The notes beneath the pieces were generated by a model. It was not told the DNA's origin. It ran no database searches and saw only the letters and a list, made by a program, of their open reading frames with translations. A stretch of DNA of 64,000 nt from Callorhinchus milii (taxonomy: Eukaryota), in contig NW_024704742.1 of assembly GCF_018977255.1 (NCBI RefSeq), positions 131,132,001-131,196,000 of the forward strand, given 5' to 3'. The translations under genes and the position numbers were made by a program. Positions within the stretch are counted from its first letter, which is position 1. Every line of letters begins with the position of its first letter. Below, in pieces: positions 1 to 12,269 of the stretch.

Positions 1-309
1 TTGCTTTCATCTTGCAAATGAAATGTTCACTTCAAGCCTTTCGTCATTCTCTTTGGTTCAGACGATGAACCAGCAGTAAACTCCCAAGAGGCCATTTTTT
101 TTTGAAGGGCGGAGAAGGAGTGCGGGGGTGTGGGGGTGGTGGGAGGGGGGTGAGTGTGGGCTTGAGGAGGTAGGGGAAGAGAAGAGAGAGAAGATCGGAG
201 GCTTAAGGAAAAAAAATCTAAGTAAGAAGAGTCAGCCCGCTCTCGGTGGCTGAGAGCTTCTTTCCAAAAAATGAGCTAGCGAGTGAGCATCTGAACATTG
301 AAACATCAA

Positions 310-432
310 GGGGTTCAGAGTAAGAGCTGGCAGGCAGGATTTAAATGTCAAAGGGATGATTTAGAAAAATGGGCAGAGAGCAGCACAGATTCGATGGGTC
401 AAATGGCCTCCTTCTGTGAAGAAAATGTCTAC
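310..432 (+). mobile_element. CR1 LINE 3' tail fragment
   Basis: gcacagattcgatgggtcaaatggcctccttctgtg matches the CR1 3' end seen at 23270-23330 and 33700-33768. Confidence 0.65.
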
Positions 433-706
433 GGGATAGGTAACATTTGCTGCGTTCTTTAAATTAGCACACGTTAATTCACATTCACAGCCTTGTTATC
501 TGGCCACCAATCCTTGAACGTAAAGTGAATCACTCAACTACATCTCGGCTGTTTGCGAGACGCTGTTGTGTGAAAATTGGTTGTTGGATTCGTCAACAAA
601 ATACACGGTCACCACACGAAACAGTAATGTCTGGAGATATTTCAAAGTTGTGGAGGGCTGCATCAAATGCAAGAATTATCAATGATAGTGGCCTGGAATT
701 TTGTTA

Positions 707-998
707 TAATAATAATCCTTGCATTTGATATAGCATCTGATATAGCGCCTTATCAGGTCTTTGAGACGTCTCAAAGCACTTCGCAGAATACACTGTAAAG
801 TGAATTGACGTATATTTTGTGGCCAATTGTGCATAGCAGTGGCCCACAAAGTCGTGGATTGAGTTCTTACTTACTGCTAGGTAAACTGAGGCGTGTGGAG
901 TAAGGAAACTTGGCTAACGTTTCACCCTGTCTGGGAATAGAACCCAGGTCCTCTGGCTTGCGAGGCGAGTGCTCTAACCAATACACTACAGGACTTCC
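707..998 (-). mobile_element. SINE-B (tRNA head, L2-type tail), internally deleted
   Basis: (AAT)n-ccttgcatttgatatagc tail at left; reverse tRNA head (gaacccagg, ctctaaccaatacactacaggac) at right. Confidence 0.85.
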
Positions 999-1289
999 TA
1001 TTTTGGGGGGGCATAGGAAGGGGATGGGGTGGGGAGTTTCAGTGATTTGGCTTTTCGTTCACAAATTCAGCAACCTTTACAGTGATGAAATGTAACTACT
1101 GTATCTGCAGTCCGCCTATGTAGGGAGCAGTCAGCCGAGAAAAATGCATGGCTATTTGGATATTTGAGCACCCAGGCCCCATCAGATTTGACAAGCTTAC
1201 CCAACCTTGAATCATCTCAACAGAGTTTCAGAAATACTTTGAAGCTTGAGTGTCAGGCGGATGTTCATGGCTGACATCATCTATACACG

Positions 1290-1292
<3 letters not shown>

Positions 1293-1320
<28 letters not shown>
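1293..1320. repeat. (TC)n microsatellite
   Basis: Perfect TC run. Confidence 0.95.
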
Positions 1321-1415
1321 GACATTCATCGCTTGCAGTCTGTTCATGTTTAAAGGATGAGCAGTAATGGGAAAATAATCGTGAGAGTTTTAGCTGCGAC
1401 GCTTTAAGATTTGTG

Positions 1416-1667
1416 TGTCAGCCTGGTTCAGTCAGAGGGTTGTGAGTTCAAGCCCCACTTCAGGTCTTGGAACTCATATATAGTCTAAGCTGAAACTCCA
1501 ATCCAAGGCTTGGGGGTGCGTTATTATCAAAGATTCCATTTGTCCTTTCAGATGGACATTGAAGATCCTGTGGCACTCTTTGGAAATTGATGCACTGATC
1601 ACCAACATCTGACCACAAAATACACAGTCACACCACTTGATAGTGTATCCTGCAAAGCGCTTTGAGA
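1416..1667 (+). mobile_element. SINE-A (Deu-domain, SacSINE1-like), deleted copy
   Basis: tgtcagcctggttcag head, gaagatcctgtggcact Deu segment, aaagcgctttgaga tail. Confidence 0.75.
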
Positions 1668-1685
1668 TAATAATAATCCTTGCAT

Positions 1686-2125
1686 TGAGTACATAGAGTA
1701 CAAGAGTCAGGAGGTTATGATTAACCTATATAAAACACTGGTTAGGCCTCAGTTAGAATACTGCGCCCAGTTCTGGGTACCACACTATAGGAAGGATGTT
1801 AAGTTAGTGGAAAGGGTACAAAGGAGATTTACAAGAATGGTACCAGGAATGAGGGACCTTGATTATGAGGAAAGGCTAGTGAGGCTGGGATTATTCTCAT
1901 TGGAGCAGAGAAGGTTACGAAGAGACCTAATAGAGGTCTTCAAAATCATGAGGGGATTTGATACGTTAGAAAGGGAAAAACTGTTTCCACTGATGGGTGT
2001 GTTGGGGACTTGAGGTCACAGATTTAAAATAGTTTCTAAAAGAAGCAGAGGGGAGGCGAGAAGAAATTTTTTCACGCAGCGAGTTGTTTGAATCTGGAAC
2101 GCAAGGCCTGAAAGGATGATGGTGA
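1686..2125 (+). mobile_element. CR1 LINE ORF2 C-terminal fragment
   Basis: ORF 1717-2013 LYKTLVRPQLEYCAQFWVPHYRKDVKLVERVQRRFTRMVPG...LFSLEQRRLRRDLIEVFKIM is typical CR1 ORF2 C-terminus; similarity continues out of frame. Confidence 0.95.
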
Positions 2126-2773
2126 ATGATGTGATGTAGCTTTATATCGAATGCAAGAATTACTGTTATTGTTATTATGATTATTATTATTGTCCACGGT
2201 GCAAATACCATCGGTATATAAAAACATAAAGCGGAACCAAAACAGCTGAGTGAAGACCATTAGAAAACTTAATAGATACCATCGGAATAATTGCATGGCT
2301 GTAATCTCCTCCTGAGCATCACAGAACAGTCATAAAGTCACTTAGGCGTTGCTCTGGAAGTTCATGATGTCATCTGAACCTTTTTATGAGAGGAATTGTA
2401 ACCGGTCCCAAGCTCTATAACATGAAAGCTATCAGTCAGATAGCTGTACCAACTGTACCAAAATGTCATTGGCTGCCGCTTTTCGCCCCGAAAATATACA
2501 GTGACTTCACTTTACAGTATATTCTGTGAATTGCTTTGAGACTTCTCGAAGATGTGATAAGGCGCTATATCAAATGCAAGGATTGTTATTATATATTATA
2601 TATCAAATACAAGGATTATCATTATATATACATTATAAATCAAATGCAAGGATTATTATTATTACTGCACACGTAACCTGGTTTGAATTTGTGCTGCTTT
2701 TTATTTTTCGGTTATTTGGGTACATTCCTACATTGGCATTCAATCTTACAATGCACTCTGACACTGGCTGCAT

Positions 2774-3108
2774 TATCAGACCGGCTCAGTTGGTAGCATT
2801 CTCACCTCTGAGTCAGAAGGTTGTGGGTTCAAACACTACAATCAGACATTGAGCTCATGCTCCAAGCTGACAATCCAATGCAGTCCTCGAGGGAGCATGA
2901 CAGTGTTGGAGGAGCCATCTTTCGGATGCAACATTGAACCTGCTCAGGTAGACATTAAAGATCCCATGGCATTGTACAAAAAGAGAAGGGAGTTTCTCCC
3001 AGTGTCCTGGACAACAATCTTCTAGGTCAAAATTGATCATTCACTTCAAAGTTGGTTGTAGGAGCTTGCTGTGTGTAAAAAAAAAGGCTGCCACATTTGA
3101 TGACAAAA
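2774..3108 (+). mobile_element. SINE-A, 3'-truncated
   Basis: A box ggctcagttgg, B box ggttcaaac, Deu core gacattaaagatcccatggca. Confidence 0.85.
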
Positions 3109-3414
3109 CTACTCATAAAAGTAGAAATGACTCCAAGTCATTTCAACAGAATAAACTGTGATGAAAGTGAACTTTTTTTTCTATCTTATTTACTTTCTTC
3201 TGTCGACAGTGGTGAATCAAAGGAACACAAGATTTTTAAAAAAAATACCCTCTGGTAACACAGCAAATGGACTTGTGACATTTTCTTGTGTCTCAATCTT
3301 TCAAAAAGTCATGCTCTGAGGGTATTTTCCCACTCAAGAAGTTTCCCATTCCGGTACAACATTCGAAGAAGTTAACCTTTCACCAACTTCCTACAGGGCA
3401 AAGTCAGGACAGAC

Positions 3415-3618
3415 ACCAAGGTCTTGTCTGCCTGTTCAGGAGGACGTTAAGGATCACATGGCTCTATTAGAAAAGAGAAGGGAGTTTCTCCCAGTGTCCT
3501 GTCCACATAATCCGCAAATAAAATTGGTCATTCACTTCATGGCTGTTTTGGGGACCTTGCTGTGCTCAAATTGGCTGCTACACTTCTGTTTACAAACATA
3601 CAGACTACAATTCACAGT
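3415..3618 (+). mobile_element. SINE-A 3' half
   Basis: gtctgcctgttcagg...gggagtttctccc...aaattggctgc. Confidence 0.8.
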
Positions 3619-3717
3619 AAAACAAAAACAGAGAGAGCTGGGAAAAGTCAGCAGGTCAGGCGGCATCTATGGAAAAAGGAAAGTGAGTCAACGTTTCGGG
3701 TCCACGACCCTTCGTCA
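3619..3717 (-). mobile_element. Penelope-like terminal element with hammerhead motif lacking C3
   Basis: Near-identical to 26379-26514; minus strand reads tTGACGAAGGGTCGTGGACCCGAAACGTTGACT. Confidence 0.75.
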
Positions 3718-4319
3718 ACCCTTTGGTTGAAGGTGCTTGCTGTTAAACTCACTTGATGAAGCCACAATCATGCCACAAACAGCTACAAAGTGAGTGATCA
3801 AGTTTATCTGGGGGTTGTTGGCCAGGACATGAGATGTCTAGGAGGAGAGGTTAGCAGTTGCTGAACCCAACAGAAAGGGAGCGGAATTCAGACTCACCCC
3901 TGGAGATGACAGGATCAATGCCCCTGAGTTACTCGCAGGGTCTCTGCTGATCCTCCCCTTTTTTCAAGGTGAGAAGGAGATTCTGTTTTAAAAGCGCTTG
4001 AACGTTTGGAATGAAGCACAACTTCGATTTCAATTCAGGGGCTGGTTCTTCCGAAGTGCCAATAATCTGGGAAGTGAATTGATTTTTTTTAAAGTACTAA
4101 GTAATTTCCTTTTTTACTGCTTTCAGTAAATCAACGTTTCCATCAGACTGGGCGCAGGACAGGATGAAATCATTTCGCCACCAAATTCTATCTCAGATCA
4201 TGCTTTGAGTTACAGAGCTGCACAGATGGGCAAATGGATACCTAAAGCTATTGCATTTATTTTCCAAATTATAATTATAATGCAATAATAATTCTTGCAA
4301 TTTGATATAAGATCTATTG

Positions 4320-4682
4320 GTGGCAGGGATTCTTCCCACTTGGCTCTTGTTAACCCTGCAAGCCAAAGATATAATGGGGAGGGTGGACCTATCAAGAAGC
4401 ATAGGTCTTGGTGGACTTATCACCAAGCAGTGAAAAGCTTGTCAGAAAGTGCTTTCAATGTTTTAGTTGGTTACACTCCAGCAGTACCTTAATGCACACT
4501 CCAGGGTCCCCTTGCCTTGATTTTGCCAACCTGCACCTAATGACATACAGAATTAGGTGAAGCAGGGTGTGGATTCCAGATTTGGGAAAATTTTCATGTG
4601 TAGGTGGGATACATGGAACTCTCAGTCTGATTCGGATACGCTTAAGTGAAGTGATGGGATTCCATGTGTGTCAGACGCCCAA
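4320..4682 (-). repeat. Unclassified dispersed repeat (family X)
   Basis: Reverse complement matches 10760-11050 and 11465-11880 (ccacctacacatg, ctaattc, gtctgacaca). Confidence 0.7.
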
Positions 4683-5424
4683 AATAAGTAGCGTCTATGA
4701 TGTTGAAACGTCTCAAAGCAATTGTAGGACTGTAAGTTAGATACTGTACATTGTCCAATGTGTTGCTAGGTTGAAGATTTAGGAGAAGGAATAATAATAA
4801 ATTATATTTGGTACTGTAAACCTCACATAAATCAGTTAGGACCACACATTTAATATGACTTATGCAAAGAATGAGTTATGCCAAATTTGCATAGAATATA
4901 AACTCTTGAACATGACTCGGGCAGATGTACGACTTAGGTGATTATACGATTTATACAGATCAAACTTATGCGAGTTTAACTGCATTGTGCCTTTCATGTT
5001 GGGGAATGTCTGAAAGTACTTTAAACTGCAGGGTTTACTGTACAGTGTATGCTGGTGGCATTTTTTGCTCATTGTGATAATTAGGACCGGTGATAATATC
5101 ACTTGCCTCATTCCAGCCAATAGTCCCCCCACACACTGACACACACTCACACACACCTATAAAATAAAGATTTACATTTTCTTTGCTTAAGGCCACAGGA
5201 AGCATGAAATGACATAAGGCTTATCCAGTCTGTTCCCCCCCAGAACGTATGTATAACGCATTGTAACATGGATTCCAGAAACACTAATTAATCTCCTGAG
5301 GAGAAAGTTCCATGGATATCCTATCTGAACAGCAACTGTACTGAGTGAAAATGTTATACTGTTTATCCCTTCATTACATCGCCACTATCCCACCCTGGCT
5401 CTAACCCCTTCTCCTGTTTCTAGG

Positions 5425-5829
5425 TGTCAGCCTGGTACAGTGGTAGCGCTCTCATCTCCGAGTCAGAAGGTTCTGAGTTGAAGCCCCACATTGGGGCTTG
5501 GAATCATACAGACTAAGCTGACACTCCAATGCAGTGCCGGGGGTGTGCTGCATTGTCAGAGGTGATGAGATCTTAAACCGAGATCCCGTCTGCCGGGACG
5601 TGTGGATATTAAATGGCACCATTCGAAAAGAGAAGGGAGTTTCTCCCGATGTCTTGGCCAACAATCCCCCCCAGATAGCACTCCATGGCTATTTGTGTGT
5701 GCAAATTGGCTGCTACCCTCGCCTACAAAATACACAGACACTGTACTTCCCAGTGAATCCTGTGAGGCGCTTTGAGAAGCGTCCCCGACATGACATGATA
5801 GGCGCCGTATCAAATGCAAGGATTATTAT
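5425..5829 (+). mobile_element. SINE-A, near full length
   Basis: tRNA-like head, Deu core, tail ending tatcaaatgcaaggattattat. Confidence 0.9.
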
Positions 5830-6414
5830 GAAATGTCACAAAGTGAGAGAAGAAAAACACTTGTAATCACAGGAGAATAAAACGGGCCACGCAATCCTGT
5901 GACAGGATAAAAGGGAACATTTACCATAACTGTGGTACAAAGTGCTTCCATGGTCTTTAAAAGGTTAAATGCATGGGCATATTGACCCAGTATCTAAGAG
6001 GTTCTCAGAATCCAGCGTGTGAAGCTGTGCTGTGTGGCACTCATTGCAACATTCACGGGTTCATTTGCTTCACTTATTAGAAGTGCGTATAAAGTAGTCA
6101 GATCCAGTAATGTGAGGAGAGAAGGGGAAAGAGTCTTTCATTAATTATGAAAAAATCCTTCTTTTCCGCCCTTCACTATTTTAATATATTTCAGCTTCTT
6201 TTCTCTCTTTTTTGAATGCATATAAAAATGATGAAATGCCTGCCCCGAAGGATTAAGTCATTTTGTTTAAGTTTTACTCAGGCGTGCAGAAACCTCGCTA
6301 CTCTTGCAAAGGGCTGGCTTGTCCGAGACAGACGACATTAGAGAGTACTCTGGTTGCACGGAAATTCTTAATACCTGCTGTAATTGACAACGTGAGCGCC
6401 TGGGAAAAAGGATC

Positions 6415-6860
6415 ATAAATCCTTGTAATTGATCACGTCTTCAAGACGTCTCAAAGCGCTTTGCAGGATCGACTGTGTATTTTGTTGGCAAACGCAGCAG
6501 CCAATTTGTGCACAGAAATATCCCACAAGCAGCCATGAAGCGAGTGACCAATTTTATCTGGGAGATTGTTGGACATCGGGAGGAACTCCCTTCTCTTTAC
6601 AAAGTGTGTCCTGTGATCCAAGGTGACAATCCAATGCAGTGCTGGGGGTGTGCTGCATTGTCAAAGTTTCAAAGTACAGGCTTAGGCACACTTTAAAGAT
6701 CCAGGGCACCACTTGAAAAGAGAAGGTAGTTTCTGGCCAACAAGTCCAAAGGTAAAATCAGTCATGGCTGTTTATGGGTACATCGCTGTCCCCAAAATTG
6801 GCTGGCTTTATTCGCCTACAAATACAGTCACGGTAAAATCCTGTGAAGCGCTTTGAGAGA
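6415..6860. mobile_element. Two divergent SINE-A fragments (minus ~6415-6600, plus ~6620-6860)
   Basis: Reverse tail and Deu end followed by forward body and tail. Confidence 0.7.
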
Positions 6861-7625
6861 TCCTCCCATTGAGGTTCCTACTCAAGTTTCTATGCCCTCT
6901 CTGTTAGTCCTAGGCTGGTGGAAGGACAACAACAACAAATTAAATTTGTATAGTGCCTTTCGTGTCAGGTCTCGGTTGGTGCAGTCAATAATTGAATACT
7001 ATGGCGGCTCACCTTCGAGGAATGCAATCTCTCCGTCTATAACAGCGATACATTTACATTATTGGCATCAATTTTAAAAAAATGCAGTAGCTAATAAAAG
7101 ACCGGGTCCCAGGGAACCCCATCAGTCTCCCCCCATTCCTGCCATAATTTCCTGAGAGACCACAAAATGATTTTCCTGTCTGTGCTTGTTCTGGAGGCTG
7201 TACATTATTCCGGTAGCAGCTCAACCAATGCAACTTCCAAAACCCTCAGCGTCCAGACAGAAATACACCTCCTGACATAACAGCGACAGCGGGTATCCGA
7301 TAGAAAGACTGAACAACTTTAGATGTAGGCTCATTATGCTCCACGGGGGCTGAGATGCTTTCAGGACTGTTTTATTTGATGTTGCTGCAAGTAGTATAAT
7401 GGGAGCAGTAAAATAAATCATTTATAAAGCTGTTTTAAACAAGTCTGGAAGGAAGGTTTGCAGTCAATTTATTACCGTTTTTTTTATATTATAACTGGCT
7501 GAAATGAGAGGCGTTTGGGTAGTGGGGGGGTGGGGGGGAGTGGGGGATGGGGGAATTTGTAGACCATTTGGAATGTGTGATGATCGAGAAAGTTAACTCC
7601 AAGACAATATATTTTATTGTATAAA

Positions 7626-8185
7626 GAGTCCTGTAGCTTAGTGGCTAGAGCATTCGCCTCAGAAGTGAGAGGACCTGGGCTTGATTCCCGGGTGGGGCGA
7701 AACATTAGCAGTAAGTAGGAACCCGGTTGTTAATCGATTGGTGGATCGCTTTTCTGAGGGTAATAATCCCTTCAAAAATAAATCAATAAAATAACATCAA
7801 TAGTAATAACAATAATCTTTGCACTGGTTTGGCGCTTTTCATGTCTTCTAGACATCTCAAAGAGCTTCACAGAATATACTGTAAAGTGAATTGACTGTAT
7901 ATTTGTGGGTGAAACTCGGCAGCCAATTGCGCACAGCAGTGACCCACAAACAGTCGTGGACTGAAGTGACCAATTTTATTATCGTATATTTTTCTTGAGG
8001 GATTATTATCAGGCATGGGGAGTAAGGAAACTTGCCCAAGGTTTTGCCCTGCCGGGAATCAAACTCAGGTCTCTCGCTTGCGAAGTGAGTGCTCTAACCA
8101 CTGAGCTACAGGACTCCAACCACTGAGCTACAGGGCTCCAAAATAATAATTTGGTCACTCAATCCACGACCGTTTGTGGCACTGT
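7626..8185 (+). mobile_element. SINE-B interrupted by an antisense SINE-B
   Basis: Head gagtcctgtagcttagtgg at 7626; body resumes at ~8141 (aataataatttggtcactcaatccacgac). Confidence 0.8.
7800..8117 (-). mobile_element. SINE-B, short subfamily
   Basis: Complete reverse copy from tail to ctgagctacaggactcc. Confidence 0.9.
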
Positions 8186-8189
8186 GATC

Positions 8190-8522
8190 CTGCTAACTCC
8201 ATGCTGACCTGTCCGCTCCTTCCGCTCAGTGGTCTCTGGCCTACTTCATGTTCTCCTCCCTGTCTGCTTCACCATCGGTGGTCAGGCCTTCAGACTTTCT
8301 GCCCCTTTGGAACTTCATTCCACAGACCCTTTGCATTGTCTCCTCCCTTGTCTCCTTCGAGATCTGTCTCAAGACCCTCTTCAACTGCACCTTCCGTCAT
8401 CCTCCTACCCCTACCCTCCTTGCCCTCCACCCCTTCTGATCCCAACCCCAGCTTGGGTCAAAATCCTTGACTGTCCAGCACCTTAGACTGTCCTAATCAA
8501 ATATAATCTGTTGTTGCGATTG
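8190..8522 (+). mobile_element. L2 LINE 3' end
   Basis: ctttggaacttc...ctcaagaccctcttcaactg, pyrimidine-rich 3' UTR, TTG tail. Confidence 0.75.
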
Positions 8523-8677
8523 TTTTAGCATGGGGGGGTGGGGACAAACATCTACAGATCGCAAAATGTTCAGATGTTAACAGGGATTCCTGCAGGACAG
8601 AGTCAGACACAGTTGACTGGCAGGATTGAGTTGAGGTGCTGCAATTGACTCGCTGGGATCACACCACTCTGCCCTAA

Positions 8678-8880
8678 TACTCTCTCCCCTGGAGGGACGC
8701 ACCTAATTCCAGTGAGTGTTAGATGCAGGCTAGCAAGAACCAAGGCTTGGGATGCTGGGGTACTGTTGAGCGTTAAAACCACATGGCTTTTCATTGAAAG
8801 CACTGCTTGGCAAGCTTTCCCATTGCTTGTCCAGCTAGTTATGAGGAATCATTAGGAGACCTGAGGAGGGTGCTGTAATC
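8678..8880 (+). repeat. Family X internal fragment
   Basis: ctctctcccctggagggacgcacctaattccag shared with ~10900 and ~11595. Confidence 0.7.
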
Positions 8881-9309
8881 TAGCCTGATCATCGAGTCGG
8901 TCTCGTGAGAAAATCGGCATCAATATTCCTCTGTTGAAGAGTGCAGCCAAATGTACCTTAACAAAGGGTTTGTGCATACGAGCCTTTAAGGGGAAAGCCC
9001 AAGGAAAAGGAATAACAAAAGGGCAACAACGTCTCTATTCTTCAACAATGCTTTGGTGCTGATAACAGGTGGATAAAGGGCAGTGGCCCATGGGTTCAGA
9101 TCAAGACCTTCTCTGTCACATTTTCAGCTGGATCGATCGCTCTATAGTGAAAGGAGCTTTGTCATCATGTGTTGTAACGTTTCCTCGGTTTCTTTCTACT
9201 TTCATTGAAGAAGAAATTATAAAGGGAGAGGGTCGCTTATAGATCAGACATTTTGTCTCAGAAGAAGCCTTGGCTCATTGTAACAATGTAATACCACTGT
9301 GATTTACTT

Positions 9310-9475
9310 TTATACAGCTGCTTTCACGTCGGGAGGAGTCCCAATGGGTTTCACAGTGCAAGATGGGCACCCGAGCTGGGTGTGGGAGCGAGGGATGGTA
9401 GGGAGGGGAAAGATAACTGAAAGCCTGGTCTGAAAGGTACATTTAGAAATGTGTCTTGAAAAAGGGGGAGTGAGG
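9310..9475 (-). mobile_element. L2 3' end
   Basis: tttcacgtcgggagg stem-loop and purine-rich reverse UTR. Confidence 0.65.
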
Positions 9476-9822
9476 CTATATAATGACACACTATCTACTC
9501 TCACCCTGTTCGGATTTGTCTATCAGAGGGAAGACTCTGTCTACATTATCGATTCCCTTCATTGCCATAATGACAGCAGTCAGAAAACGCTTAATCTCCT
9601 GAGCTCTTAGGAACATCACCCAAGTTGATCCAATCTCTTATCACAGCTAAGCAAAGCGCAACCTTTCTGTGTAAAGCCCTTTGAGATGACATGAAAGGCA
9701 CTATTTAAATTTGTATTGTAAGTCCATTCCACACAGTGTCAAACATTCTAACAAATAACTACTGGATTTTGTCTAAGGGCAACATAACTTTCTGAATGCA
9801 AACTGAACATGATAAATCACAA

Positions 9823-10210
9823 CAATAATAATAATTCTTGCATTTTATTTAGCACTTTTCACTTGAGGAGGATGTCTCAAAGCTCTGTAACATGTAGTGA
9901 CTGCGAATTTTGTAGGTTAACGCAGCAGCCAACATCCCACAAAGAGTCATGAAGCGAGTACTCAATTTTATTTGTGGTATTGTTGGCCAGAACACAGGGA
10001 GAAACTTCCTTTTTGTTTTGCAGTAGCGCCATGGGATTTCTAATATCCACCTGAACAGGCAGATGGGACCTCGATTTAACATCCCATCTGAAAGGCAGCA
10101 CCTTGAACAACGCTGCGCTCCCCCAGTATTGCACTGGAGTGCCATAGTCCAAACATGGGGCTTTAACCCACAACCTTCTGCCTCAAAGTGCTACTAACTA
10201 AGGCTAATAC
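9823..10210 (-). mobile_element. SINE-A, near full length
   Basis: Reverse tail, Deu core (ccatgggattt, acctgaacaggcagatgggacc) and head. Confidence 0.85.
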
Positions 10211-10244
10211 CAGGTTGAAACATAGTAGGATCACAAACAAAACC

Positions 10245-10473
10245 CAGAGAAGGGAGTTTCTTCCAGTGTCCTGGCCAACAATCCTGGCCAACAATCCCCC
10301 CCAAAAAATTTGGTTATGTCTGTTTGTGAGACACTGCTATGTGCAAACTGGCTGCCACATTTCACCTGCAAAATACACAGTAAATCCATTTTACAGTACT
10401 ATTTACGGTGAACTGCTTTGAGGCATCTCATCGATGTGATAAGGCACTATATTAAATGCAAGGATTATCATTA
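10245..10473 (+). mobile_element. SINE-A 3' half
   Basis: gagaagggagtttc...aaatgcaaggattatcatt. Confidence 0.8.
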
Positions 10474-10759
10474 TTTAACAGGCTCATCTCTTTTTGATAG
10501 TTTGCAACTCCCCACCTACCTGTTATTTCACTAAATCCCACATCGCTGAATAACCTCTCTCCTTAAATGAACCTAATTTTCTTGTATAAAACACATACCT
10601 ACTTACACTCCTCCCCACTCTACATCTGGCCTCTTGTGACTATATTAGTGCTTAGAAGTTTTTTTCATGAAATTGTAAGAGCTGCCCCCCAAAAAACATA
10701 CTTAGGATATAAAGCGATAGACAAATACGGCCATCAGAGGCATATAGTCGAAAAGCAAG

Positions 10760-11050
10760 ATTTTTGGGGGTCAGCCGGGTGTGTTATGCATACAGAAACC
10801 CATCACCATGCTGAAGAGTATCCAAACCAAGCTGAGAATTCCATGCATCCCACCTACACATGGAAATTCCAGAGTTAGATTATTGGAAGGGAATACGCAC
10901 TCTCTCCCTGGAGGGACGCATCCTGCTTATCTAATTCCAGAAAGTATTAGGCCAGGTTGGCAAGAGCCAAGGGCTGGGAACCCCAGAGTATGCGTTGGGG
11001 TAACTGATGGAATCTAACTAGCTAAAACCATACAGCTTGCCACTGAAGCA
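10760..11050 (+). repeat. Family X, T-run end portion
   Basis: tttttgggggtcagccgggt start; aagagtatccaaac; ccacctacacatggaaatt. Confidence 0.75.
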
Positions 11051-11464
11051 AGCCTTAGGCCAGTGAAACGAAAAGCAGCCAAATAGACATAGTTAGACAA
11101 TACAAAAGCAATGGCCCTTTAAAGTTTGTTTTTCCCAAATCCAAAGTAAATTCTTGTAATCGTTACACCAGCTTATCAGCCGTGTAGTAATGGAAGTGTC
11201 AGAGATTCTAACTGTCTGAAAATCTATAAATCTATCCCTGAAAATGTGCAGCAACATTGCGTCGGAGATAAAGCGGATCCCTGACAAGTCTGAATGACAA
11301 GCAAGAAGAACGTTTCTGCAGAGGCAAGCGGGGAGTTAATTGCATTCTCTGAATAGGTGAGGAAAGTGGAACTTTGACACAATTATTTTTCATGTATTTA
11401 AATGGAAAGTGGCTCAGGGACTCTGAATGCTAAGAAACTATGTCCTTTGTGAATTATTTTTTCA

Positions 11465-12130
11465 TTCATCCAGGTGTCTGACACCTGCGCAAACCCATTA
11501 CCGTGCTTTAAGAGTATCCAAACTAGACTGAGGGTTCAACATATGCATGCCTCCTACACATGGAAATTTCCATGTGTCTGGAATGGAATGTGCACTCTCT
11601 CCTTGGAGGGATATACCCTGCTCTCCTAATTCCAGAGAGTAATAGATACAGCGCCTTGGGACGTCCTCCTGACGTGAAAGGCACTTTACAAATGTAATTT
11701 TGTTGTTGTTGTTGTACAGGTGGGTAAAGACCACATGCTTGTGGATCTCAAGGGTATACGTTAGGTGACTGCTGGGGTTCAACCAGCCAAAACTACGTAG
11801 CTTGCTATTGAGAGCACAGTCTGGCAAACTTTCCACAGCTTGTCCAGATAGCACCACCATACCCATTAGGGCTTTGACAAGGGCATGTTTAACCGGAGCT
11901 GAGTGAGATGAGTCCCTCCTCCCAGTAACTGGCCTTTACCTTCAAGTCCTTCCAATGAGCTATGCTGGTTGGTTTGTCATAAGCAGCCCCCTGTTGTCCT
12001 TAAGAGCCATCTGGCTCAGGAGCTGGACTCTTGAGACTGCAACAGAAGATTAATTTGATTCTGACATTCTGTTGCCAAACGTTCAGCTCAGTCACAGAGA
12101 TCCTGCTTACCTCTAACCCACGCCCAAAGG
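11465..12130 (+). repeat. Family X, longest copy (contains L2 tail at 11652-11714)
   Basis: Matches 10760-11050, 8678-8880 and the reverse of 39700-40077 (cagaagattaa(t/c)t(t/c)gatt). Confidence 0.75.
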
Positions 12131-12269
12131 AGGACAATCACTAGTTGGTAATTTTAGCAGGTCTGACTCTTCACTAGGTGGATGGCAGGTACCAGGAACA
12201 TCCTATGAGATTCCCAGTAAATGACTCAGGTCAGTGTGACAATGGTGAGAACATTGCCACCATCCTCCT

